Shown piece by piece: positions 1 to 8,722 of a DNA stretch of 64,000 nt. The notes beneath the pieces were generated by a model. That model was not told the origin of the DNA, searched no databases, and saw only the letters and a program-made list of their open reading frames with translations. The translations under genes were made by a program, and so were the position numbers. Where the stretch lies: positions 1-64,000 of the forward strand of contig OZ025671.1 in NCBI GenBank assembly GCA_964019335.1, given 5' to 3'. Position 1 is the first letter of the stretch, and every line of letters begins with the position of its first letter. Source of the DNA: Diplonema japonicum (lineage: Eukaryota; Protista; Euglenozoa: Diplonemea).

Positions 1-3000
1 CTTCGGGCAATACGGCTTGGATGGTGTTTTCTGTGCCAGTGTTCCCCTCTGATGCCTGCGGCGGAGTCAGGCCCCCCTCAACCTCCATCCGGTCCGTTCC
101 CTGCGCGTCCTCCTCCTCCATTCCTTCAGGCAATGCGGCTTGGATGGTGTTTTCTGTGCCAGTGTTGCCCTCCGAGGAGGAGTCGGAGGCGTCCGACTGA
201 GACGTCCCCTCCATGGGTTCCCCACCCTCTATCGAATCACTCTTCTCCTCCTCCTCCTCCACGGACATGTCGGTCGGGCCCACCTCCTCCGCCGGGGTGG
301 AGGTGTATCCCAGCGACGTCCCTCCGCCCTGCCCATCCCCGCTCTCTTCCGTGTCCTCCTCCATCAAGCCGGGCTCCTCCTCCTGAGGACTTCCCTCCCC
401 CATGGACAAGTCGGCTGTTTCGTTTTCTTTAGAACCTGAGATGTCCACCCGCGGGGCAGCGGGGCCTGCCTGCGGGACCCACCCTTCTGCGAGCGAGCTC
501 CCTGCCGTATCATCCTCCATCGCGTCGGGGCTGGAGACGTCTGGTAGCGGCACTGCCTCCCAGGGCTCCCTCACCTCCGTCGCGTCAGGGGTCCCCCCCT
601 CCCCCGCGGGGGCCAAGTCCGTCCCTCCGACGACCGGGGGGGCGGCGGGGATGTCCGCCTGCGGAGCACCGCCCTCCAGCCCGTCCTCGCTTTCCACCTC
701 CATCAAGCCGAAGTCCTCCCCCTGCAATGAGAGAGGGCCTGTCTGCAACTCCGCCTGCTCCTCTGGCATGTCCTCTGCCGGGTCCTCCTCCATCGCGCTG
801 GGGCCATCCTGCGTCGTGCACACTTCCTCCTCTCCAGCGGGCATGTCGGCTGATTCGGTTTTTGTCGTGCCTGACGCGTCCTCCGTCGAGGGTGGGGGGG
901 CGCCCGCTGCCTGGGCTTCCTCGTCTCCTGGGCCATCGGGGGGGATGTCTGGGGCCGGGGGTGGGTCGGGCGGTGCTTGTGTCTCTTTGATCGGGTGCCT
1001 CCTCCTCGTCTCCACTGCCACCTCTCTCATGAGGGCTACGCTCAGTTCCTCTGTCATGGTCCTATAGACCTCCGTCGCGTCCCGCTGCCTCTTCTTCGCC
1101 ACCTCCGCCGCGATCCTCTTCAGCACCCTCCTGGCGTCGGTCCCGAACCCGCCAAACGTCTCCAGAGCACAGGGGGTGAACCGTATCCGGGCTCTCTCGC
1201 AGTCGCTCGCGTACTTCGCCCGCTTCGACTCCGCCTGTTTCTCCGCAGCCGCCCCCGGAACCGCCATTGCCGCCGCCAGGTGGGCGCTCGCACACGGGTG
1301 GACCACCGTCACGTCGATGGCCAGAGGGCCCTCGCCTTCCACCCCCATCGGGAGGTAAACGTCAGCAGGCTTCCTCCCGTCACCCAGGAGGCCTTGTTGC
1401 TCCTTCACCGCTTGCAACCCGCCGCTGTAGCAGTGCTTCACCAACATGTCCCTCACCCTGTCGTGCCTCTTCGTCATGACCGCACCTCTCTTGCAAACCA
1501 TGGCATGGTCGCCTAGTGCGTCGTTGTCCTCACCGCACATCGGGCACTTCCCCTCGGACCCGACTGCGGTGCCAAGGAGCCAGCTGGTCAGCGTCCTGAA
1601 CTCATCGTTCTTTAGTTCGTTATTCAAGCCCGTGATCGCCGTCAGCCAAGCCCCTGCTTTGTGAACCTTCAGCGAGTTCAACCTGGCCTTGTCCCTACCA
1701 CCCGGGGAGCTCCCGAACAGCGCACCCCAGGACTTCTCCTCGAGGATCTGCGACATCTTCCTCTGAGGGTACAGCCTCGGGGTGTTTCGCAGCAGGTCCA
1801 CGGAGAGCCTGTCAGGATCGTCGGCTGCGAGGTGGCCGTTGAACCACTCGACCCCCCACTCCCAGCCACCCGCCAGTGAAGCGTCCCAGTCGTACCCCCC
1901 CAGGATCTCCGACGCCAGCTCCTGGGTCGCCGCCAGCGAGGCCATGTTCGCCACTAGGGCGTGTTCGCTGCAGCTGCGAAGGCCCATCCCTCCCCTCCTC
2001 GTCGCAAGCTTCGCCTGGCTCCACTCCCTCTCCCCGAGCTCCCGGGCAAGAAGGTGCTCCATCGCCCCCTTCACCAGGCCGTCGAATTCCGTCAAGGGGC
2101 CCGCTAGCTGCGTGTGCGGTACCGTGCGCATGAGGTGGACCATCTTGCTGTACGAGCTGCAGTTCTTCACCAAGGCGTAGCCCGACTGGGTCCTCATCTT
2201 CTTCTGCATCTCGAAGGTCTTGCCCAGGGCCTCGAGCTTCTTTGCCAAGAAGGCCTTCGTGTACTCCGCGTCCCCTATGGGGGTCCCCAGGAGCTCGAAG
2301 TTCCCATCCGAGCTCATTTTCTCCTTGGAGAAACCGGAGAAGCCCCACTCTTCTGGGTCGGTCGGCTTCTCACCAGACACCCAGATCAACTCGCACTTCT
2401 GCGGCTTCACCTTCAGGCCTCGCTTCGCCGACTCCTCTACCACGATGCGGTAGGCCTTCTCCACCTGTCCCCTCTCTCCGGCCAGGAACCCGTCATCGAG
2501 GTAGAAGAACTGGAGGTCCAGACTTGTATCCGCCCTTATCTTCTCCAGTACTGGCTGCAGCGCGAGGGAGAACAGCAACGGACCCACCGGGTCGCCCTGC
2601 TGGACCCCCTCCCTCGAGAGTAGCTCCGTCCCCTCGTGGAACAGCTTGGATGGGTGTCTGTAGCAAGATTCGGCCCACTTGTACCCCTTGGGAACCTTCG
2701 CGCACGCCTCCTTTAGCATCTCGTACCTGCTGATTGTGTTGAAGGCGTTTGCGTAGTCTATCTTGATCGCCACTCGGGATACGTCGTCCTGTTTCGCCTT
2801 CTCCACGTACTGCCTTGTCGCGTGGACAGCCGCCTCCATCCCCGCGGGGACCGCCACCCCGATCTGGCCCCCCTTCCTCAGGTAGGACTTGGCCACTTCC
2901 GCCCCTTCCTTGTCAAGGATTGCCTTCCCTACAAGTCGTCTCAGGCTCTCTCCTACGGCGATCGGACGGACTCCCCTGTCCGGTTTCCGCAGCGGAATCA

Positions 3001-6000
3001 AGCTCGCCCCTAGTAGCACCGGTGCCACCTCAGCCGGAGTCTGACCTCTGGCCATGATATTGCACACCTCGGTGAGAGCCGCCAGGGCCCCTACTTCCGT
3101 CACCACGCCGTCCACCCCGTCCTTCAGGTGTTGGGCGCTCAACCCAGTCGGCCCAGCCGCTTTCCCCTTGTCAAAGTCCCGGACCATGCTCAGAACGTCG
3201 ACGGCCGTGACGTCCTCGAAGGAGTCAGCCGGATTCAGTTCTAGCCCCGAGGGGTCAACCGATGCCTCAGGGTGGAGGCCCAGGAGCTTCTCGAAGGTCT
3301 CGGTGGAGTCCTCCGCCAACCCTCCCGCAGTTAGCGCTGCGTTGGCTCTGGAGAAGCGCCCATCCCTGCACAGCGTCTCCCCTCTCTTCAGCCTGGATTC
3401 GTCGTCTGGATCCTTCGAGACTCTCTTCTCCGATAGGGGGACTCCGTTCCACACCTGCTGGTACTCCCCTCTGATCCAGGCCTCCAACTTCTGCTTGGCG
3501 CTGCTCTCCCCGGACTTCCGACGTGCCTTTCCACCCCTGCGTCTGCCCAGGCAAGCCTTCGGAAGCATCAGGAGCAGCACCCACGACAGGTAGGAGTTCT
3601 CCTGCTTCACCCTCACCAGTGCCGTCTTCAGCGCCAGACTCCACAACCCTTGGAGCGGGACGGGGATGTGCTTCATGAGGCCCACTTTCCGGGTGGCCAC
3701 CTCCTCCAGAGAAGGAAGTGCGTCCCGGCTAGGGGCCGCCTTCACATCCACGGGACCCCCAGGAGCGCTGTACCTGGCGATGCACCTGACGTGAGCCGCC
3801 TCCCGTTCGCCCACCACCGACCCACACACGCAGGTCTTGAGGCCAAACTTCTTCAGCTCCTGCGGGAGTACCTCCTCGTCCAGCAGGTGGTCGTTCAAGT
3901 GGGACTTCAGCAGTTCCCACCCCAAGATCGCCGGGCCTCCCATGTGGGACGACCTCTCGCACCCCCTCACCGGGCACTGGAAACTCCTGACCTTGCTGTC
4001 CAGTCGTGGGGCATCCTTCATGTGGTGTCCGTTGGGCCTGATGGAGGACTCCGGCATCAGGAGGTGGGCGAGGTCCAGGATGGCGGGCCTGGTCCCCGAG
4101 GGGGCTAGCCTCGCCTCCACCGCCCAATCCACCAGGGTGGACTTTCCGCCCTCCGAGACCAACACAGGCCTGTAGTGGGATCCCGTGAAGCCAAGCACCA
4201 CCGTATCCTCCGGTTCCCTTGCCTCCCCGAGCTTCAAGACCTGGGCGTCACCCCCGGTCACGACCACGACCGTCTTTTGCCAGACCTCCACCGCCGCCTG
4301 CAGACAAAGGTGGTCCCCCCACTCCCCTTGCTTTGCCATGTAGTGGATGTAGGCCTCAAAACCGATCGGATCCACAAAGCTCTCGAACCTGCCCCTGTTG
4401 TCCCTTATGTGGTTGACCACCCGACTCCTCACCTCTCCGTGTCGTTCCTTCTCCCCCAGCAGCACCACCGCCAGAGAGCGGAACAAGCAATCCCCTCCGC
4501 CCCCAGCATCCTCCTCCTTGGCACCCACCTCGTGCAGGATCGACTCCCTGGTGACAGACGAGCCCGATATCCCACGGACGAGGCGGGAGGGCTCCTTCTC
4601 GGGCTTGGGCCGGCAATTCACGCACCGCTCCTTGTTCCCCGCCGTGAACAGCACGCTGCACCCTCCGCAGATCGCGAAACCCATCGCCTTCGCGTTCTCT
4701 GGCGTGAGCTCTCCGGCGTGGGTCTTCGACAGGTGGTACTGCAAGCCCGCCTTCGACGAGTGCTCTTTCTTACCCTTCTCACACAGCAGGCACTCCCACA
4801 CTCCGTCGGTCCTTCGGGAAGCCCCGGCCGTGCTCCTACTGGTGGCAGGGGGGCCTCCGGCTGCGCCTGGGGGCGGAGGCGGGGGTGGGGGTTGGGAAAG
4901 CGTTGCTCCGCCTTTGAGCGAGGAGGCTTCTAAGGGGAGGGGGGGCACGGGGCTCCGATAGACCACCCTGGTATAGGGCCCCCAACGTCTCCTGGCCACC
5001 CACCTCTTCCTCGCAAGGTGTTTCCCGGCCCTCGACCTGATGGCCCTCCTGGCCATCGCAGCCCTCTCCTCCGCTTCCGCTATCCCGATGAGCCGGGCTG
5101 CAACAGCTGGAGGGGCGGGACCGCACCCCTTCTTCTTGCAGGCTTCCCTTTCCCTCCTCTTCTCGACCCTTCTCTGGCGGTGCAGCCTCCTCCGCTCCCT
5201 GTCAGCGATTTCCCTAGCCTTCTCCCTGGCCTGGGCCCTCTCCTCGCGGCGCCTTTGGAGGGTGGCCTCGCTACGGTGTCTCCTCCTCCGACCCTTCGTC
5301 ACCGTCTGCCTCGTCTTCCGGGGTCCCGGGGCCAACCAGGGTACTCCCCCTCCATTCCTCCCCTGCGGGGCGCGCTCCGGCTTCCATCTTTCCTCCTGGG
5401 CCACCGCCCCCACCACCCCCTGGAGGGTGGTGGAAACGGGGGCCAGGACCCCCCTCCTGTTAGTGAGTGTGGGTGTGTTTTTTTGTTTATTTTCCACCCT
5501 CAAAAAAAGTCCCGGACCCATTCGGATCCGGGTGTAAAGGGGGGGTGACAATGGGGGGGCCGAAGGGGCGCTAACCTCTCTAGGGAGAGCACCCTTCTCT
5601 TTTTTCTTCTTATCCTCCTTCTGGGAGGAAACAAAGGGGGGGGAATCCACTTGGGGGGGGTTTGCAAGGGGGGGATTTACAAGAGGGGGGACAGATAAAC
5701 CATAAATAGAAGAAGCAGAGGAAGGGGCGCTACCCTCTCTCGGGAGTGCACCCTTCCCTTTTTTTTTTTTCTTATCCTCCTCCTGGGAGGGAACAAAGGG
5801 GGGGGGATCTACAAGGGGGGGGTTTACAAGGGGGGAATTTACAAGAGGGGGGACAGATAAACAAGAGAAAGAAGAAAAAGAAGAAGCGGAGGAAGGGGGG
5901 GAGTTTACAAGAGGGGAGACAGATAATCCAGAGATAGAAGAAGCAGAGGAAGGGGCGCTACCCTCTCTCGGGAGTGCACCCTTACCTATTTTTTTCTTGT

Positions 6001-7036
6001 CCTCCCCCTGGGAAGAAACAAAGGGGGGGGAATCTACAATGGGGGGGTTTACAAGGGGGGAATTTACAAGAGGGGGGACAGATAAACAAGAGAAAGAAGA
6101 ACAAGAAGAAGCGGAGGAAGGGGGGGAAGGGGCGCCTCCCTCTCTCGGGGACACCTCCTTCGCACTCTCTTTCCTTCTCCCCACAAACACAGTTTTTTTT
6201 TTTTCTATTTCCTCCACAGAGGACACAGAGGGGGAGGGGAGGGGCACGGGGCAGCCAACCGTCCGCAGGGTGATCGACACCCTGGAGCCCGAAGAACACC
6301 CTTCGGGGATGTGGTGGGTCCATTCGTAGCGGGCCTCACCCTCCAGAATGGCCCAGGTGAAGGGAGGCACCAGGTACTTCGATACCCTGGACCCCTTCTT
6401 CAGGACCATCGTGGTCTCTGCGCCGTACGAGAGGATGAGGACCACTGGTCCCAACCTCACGTCGTCGGTGTGGTGGGCGATTCCACACCCAGGCTCGTAT
6501 CGATTTACGAGCACCTGGTCTGGGGTGATCCCCAGCCCCGCTGCGGTGGCCACCTCCGCCACCCAACCCCTGGCCCCCTCTGGGATCGGGGTGGTGCGGC
6601 GCACTTTGGCACGGGCACCCACCCACCTGAAACCAAATTGGAGGGTTTCCCTCCCTTTGTTCCCCGAAATGGACTCCCACCCCCCCGAGAGCAAGGTCTC
6701 TGGGTGGGTGGGAGCTGGGCCTGTTCTTAAGCCCGGGGGGTGGTCCCCTCCCGTGAGCACCCACCCTCCTTCTTTCTTTTTTTCCCCCCTCTCAGTCTTC
6801 AGGCGGGTGGCGGTGGCGGCTGCGGAATCGGGAGCGGGCGCGCTGGCTGCGGGTGGTTCTATTTTTTTATGTTTTTTATTATTTTTTACGACATCTAGAG
6901 GGGATCTAAGGGGAGGGGAGGGGTCATACTGCCCGGCCAGATTTCGGTCTGGTCGGGTGGTCGGCTTGGTCGGCGTCTCTCGTAGGCGTTCCTCCTGCGG
7001 GCGGCGGTCTCCGACGACGTTTCGTCTAGGGTCCAT
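1..7036 (-). CDS. Family A polyprotein, copy 1 (AlkB-ZnF-OTU-ZnF-RT-RLE; C-terminal tail cut by window edge)
   Basis: Same frame and sequence as 8723..17695. Missing from the ORF track only because the stop lies outside the window. Confidence 0.92.
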   Translation of the reverse strand, partial: MDPRRNVVGDRRPQEERLRETPTKPTTRPDRNLAGQYDPSPPLRSPLDVVKNNKKHKKIEPPAASAPAPDSAAATATRLKTERGEKKKEGGWVLTGGDHPPGLRTGPAPTHPETLLSGGWESISGNKGRETLQFGFRWVGARAKVRRTTPIPEGARGWVAEVATAAGLGITPDQVLVNRYEPGCGIAHHTDDVRLGPVVLILSYGAETTMVLKKGSRVSKYLVPPFTWAILEGEARYEWTHHIPEGCSSGSRVSITLRTVGCPVPLPSPSVSSVEEIEKKKTVFVGRRKESAKEVSPREGGAPSPPSSASSCSSFSCLSVPPLVNSPLVNPPIVDSPPFVSSQGEDKKKIGKGALPREGSAPSSASSISGLSVSPLVNSPPSSASSFSSFSCLSVPPLVNSPLVNPPLVDPPPFVPSQEEDKKKKKGKGALPREGSAPSSASSIYGLSVPPLVNPPLANPPQVDSPPFVSSQKEDKKKKEKGALPREVSAPSAPPLSPPLYTRIRMGPGLFLRVENKQKNTPTLTNRRGVLAPVSTTLQGVVGAVAQEERWKPERAPQGRNGGGVPWLAPGPRKTRQTVTKGRRRRHRSEATLQRRREERAQAREKAREIADRERRRLHRQRRVEKRREREACKKKGCGPAPPAVAARLIGIAEAEERAAMARRAIRSRAGKHLARKRWVARRRWGPYTRVVYRSPVPPLPLEASSLKGGATLSQPPPPPPPPGAAGGPPATSRSTAGASRRTDGVWECLLCEKGKKEHSSKAGLQYHLSKTHAGELTPENAKAMGFAICGGCSVLFTAGNKERCVNCRPKPEKEPSRLVRGISGSSVTRESILHEVGAKEEDAGGGGDCLFRSLAVVLLGEKERHGEVRSRVVNHIRDNRGRFESFVDPIGFEAYIHYMAKQGEWGDHLCLQAAVEVWQKTVVVVTGGDAQVLKLGEAREPEDTVVLGFTGSHYRPVLVSEGGKSTLVDWAVEARLAPSGTRPAILDLAHLLMPESSIRPNGHHMKDAPRLDSKVRSFQCPVRGCERSSHMGGPAILGWELLKSHLNDHLLDEEVLPQELKKFGLKTCVCGSVVGEREAAHVRCIARYSAPGGPVDVKAAPSRDALPSLEEVATRKVGLMKHIPVPLQGLWSLALKTALVRVKQENSYLSWVLLLMLPKACLGRRRGGKARRKSGESSAKQKLEAWIRGEYQQVWNGVPLSEKRVSKDPDDESRLKRGETLCRDGRFSRANAALTAGGLAEDSTETFEKLLGLHPEASVDPSGLELNPADSFEDVTAVDVLSMVRDFDKGKAAGPTGLSAQHLKDGVDGVVTEVGALAALTEVCNIMARGQTPAEVAPVLLGASLIPLRKPDRGVRPIAVGESLRRLVGKAILDKEGAEVAKSYLRKGGQIGVAVPAGMEAAVHATRQYVEKAKQDDVSRVAIKIDYANAFNTISRYEMLKEACAKVPKGYKWAESCYRHPSKLFHEGTELLSREGVQQGDPVGPLLFSLALQPVLEKIRADTSLDLQFFYLDDGFLAGERGQVEKAYRIVVEESAKRGLKVKPQKCELIWVSGEKPTDPEEWGFSGFSKEKMSSDGNFELLGTPIGDAEYTKAFLAKKLEALGKTFEMQKKMRTQSGYALVKNCSSYSKMVHLMRTVPHTQLAGPLTEFDGLVKGAMEHLLARELGEREWSQAKLATRRGGMGLRSCSEHALVANMASLAATQELASEILGGYDWDASLAGGWEWGVEWFNGHLAADDPDRLSVDLLRNTPRLYPQRKMSQILEEKSWGALFGSSPGGRDKARLNSLKVHKAGAWLTAITGLNNELKNDEFRTLTSWLLGTAVGSEGKCPMCGEDNDALGDHAMVCKRGAVMTKRHDRVRDMLVKHCYSGGLQAVKEQQGLLGDGRKPADVYLPMGVEGEGPLAIDVTVVHPCASAHLAAAMAVPGAAAEKQAESKRAKYASDCERARIRFTPCALETFGGFGTDARRVLKRIAAEVAKKRQRDATEVYRTMTEELSVALMREVAVETRRRHPIKETQAPPDPPPAPDIPPDGPGDEEAQAAGAPPPSTEDASGTTKTESADMPAGEEEVCTTQDGPSAMEEDPAEDMPEEQAELQTGPLSLQGEDFGLMEVESEDGLEGGAPQADIPAAPPVVGGTDLAPAGEGGTPDATEVREPWEAVPLPDVSSPDAMEDDTAGSSLAEGWVPQAGPAAPRVDISGSKENETADLSMGEGSPQEEEPGLMEEDTEESGDGQGGGTSLGYTSTPAEEVGPTDMSVEEEEEKSDSIEGGEPMEGTSQSDASDSSSEGNTGTENTIQAALPEGMEEEDAQGTDRMEVEGGLTPPQASEGNTGTENTIQAVLPE

Positions 7037-7177
7037 TTTTATTTTTTTTTTTTTTGTGTTGAGGGGGGAGGGGATCCTTTGCTAAACGGCAGGCGGGCCG
7101 GGCCGAAACAACCCCCCCAGACGACGACGAACGGACACCGAGCGGACGCAGCAGGCACCAACAAAAACACAGACGAC

Positions 7178-7215
7178 CAATAAAGTACAGAAACTGTAGC
7201 TTTAGAATCGTTGGT
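7178..7215 (-). other. Spliced-leader exon copy (38 nt, nt 2-39) at 5' end of A copy 1
   Basis: Minus strand reads ACCAACGATTCTAAAGCTACAGTTTCTGTACTTTATTG. It shares the CAGTTTCTGTACTWTATTG 3' half of euglenozoan SLs. The AACCAACG start resembles the diplonemid SL (from memory). Confidence 0.9.
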
Positions 7216-8050
7216 AGTTTTTTTTTCCGCACCCAAAAGGGGTGCCAAAATGGGGCTGGACGGACGCAGATGCCTACAGGGGGTTTTTGTAAGTTTGAAA
7301 ACCGAAAATTCCGGATGCAAATTTGGCTCCGCGGTGTTCTTGGTGTTCAGGCTCCCTGTCTGCCAGGGCTGGCCCACCATGGCTGTTTTCACCGCCTTCC
7401 TTGGGGCCGTAGGTCTTTTGTTATTTCCCTAAACTCCTTCTCCTTGGCTTTTTTTTTTCTTGGCGTCCGCCGTAAAATTGGTGATATTTTGATAAACAAG
7501 AGAGGTATGTATGGGGGAAAAAGTGCATGCTCAGTGTTGGGGGGGGTCCGGAATAGTGGTTTTATCCGCCTCTTTTCACCCATGGGACGGAAAAGCCCCC
7601 GCCTTGCCGATCGCGATGGAAGACACGGTTTATGGTTCCCATGCCCCCCACCGGATCGTCTTCTACTCCTCTTTTCACTTTTTTTATTTTTTTACTAGTA
7701 AATTAAAACTTCTCTAACAAGGCGGGAGAAAAAAAAAATCTGGCATGCACAAAAAAGTGGTGATAAAGATTCGAGTTCGTGAATCACTTATCGATAGAGG
7801 AGAAAAAGGCCTCTTTCTTCTCTTTAATTTTTCTCTTTTTCAAACCTCCTTTGATGATAAAATAAAAATTTAAAATTTGGTTGCCGTTCTCTTTCCTTGT
7901 TTTTCCTTTTATTTTCTCGGCGAACCTGATGCAAAATATAATAAACTAGGGAGGAATGAATCTTTTCTTTTCTTTTCTTTTTTTTTTTCGAGGGGGGGTA
8001 GGGTTGGGAGAAAGAAAATAAAGAAAAGAAAAATAAAAAGAAAATAAAAG

Positions 8051-8174
8051 ATATATGAATTGAAGGGAGTCTTTGTGAGACGCCCTCTCGTCCTCTTCGT
8101 CTTCCTGCACCTTTCCCCTTTCTGCAGCGGTTTCTCCTCCGTTGGTGGTCTTGCCGTCCTTCCCCAGCCCGGCC
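8051..8174 (-). repeat. 5'-truncated 3'-end fragment of the element-C body family inside the array spacer (also 18710-18833, 29369-29492)
   Basis: Aligns to 44506-44631 (…GGGCGTCTCACAAAGACTYCCTTYAAYTCATATAT terminus). Confidence 0.8.
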
Positions 8175-8505
8175 TGAAAAAAAGAAAAAATTTGGGAAGG
8201 CTTCCATAGGTCACCAGCTATGGAAGCCCGCCTGATAAACCCACCCGTCAGCGAACAAGCTGTAGAAGGAAAACTTCTAGTTAAACCATAAGATAAAAAA
8301 TAAAAAAGAATCAACTCAAAACCATCAGCAAACAATCTGTAGAAGGAAAACTCCTAGTAAAACCAAAAAGAAAAGAAACGGAAACCCAACAGCAAACATG
8401 TTTTAACAAAGGAACTTCAGGGGGAAAACTCCCGGTCCCCTTTTTTTTTTCTTTTGCTAACTTTCTTTTTTTTTTTTTTTCCCCTTTGTCGTTTTGTTGT
8501 AATGG

Positions 8506-8541
<36 letters not shown>

Positions 8542-8722
8542 GACTGGCCGTTGTTTGTACGTGCCGGGTAAAACCTGGAGACGTTTGTCAACCCGAAACA
8601 CGTTGCCAACGTTCCCCTTTTGTTTAGACAAGTCAAAGACTCGTTCTTGCAAAAAAAAAAAAAAAAAAAAGGGGGGGGAATTCTAAAGAGGGCTTCCCTC
8701 AGGAACCCTTAATGTTGGCTGC

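Larger units (their letters stand above)
1..7215 (-). mobile_element. CRE-clade RLE non-LTR retrotransposon, family A copy 1 (3' part outside window)
   Basis: Near-identical to copy 2 shifted by -10659. SL at 7178-7215, ATG at 7036. Confidence 0.93.

Noticed and set aside
7037-7215. Functional SL-RNA genes (SL followed by GT)
   Set aside because: I see no Sm-site-like motif or T-tract terminator. The downstream sequence is the element leader running into an A-tract and ATG, and the upstream flanks are not shared.
7037-7700. HDV-like ribozyme at the 5' end, as in R2 or L1Tc
   Set aside because: I could not build the nested double pseudoknot by eye; a descriptor search is needed, so it is not claimed.
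7216-8722. LTR or classical CRE target-site duplication of SL nt ~11-39
   Set aside because: The spacer is absent upstream of copy 4, no integrase, gag or RNase H motifs are seen, and no partial SL occurs at any 3' end.
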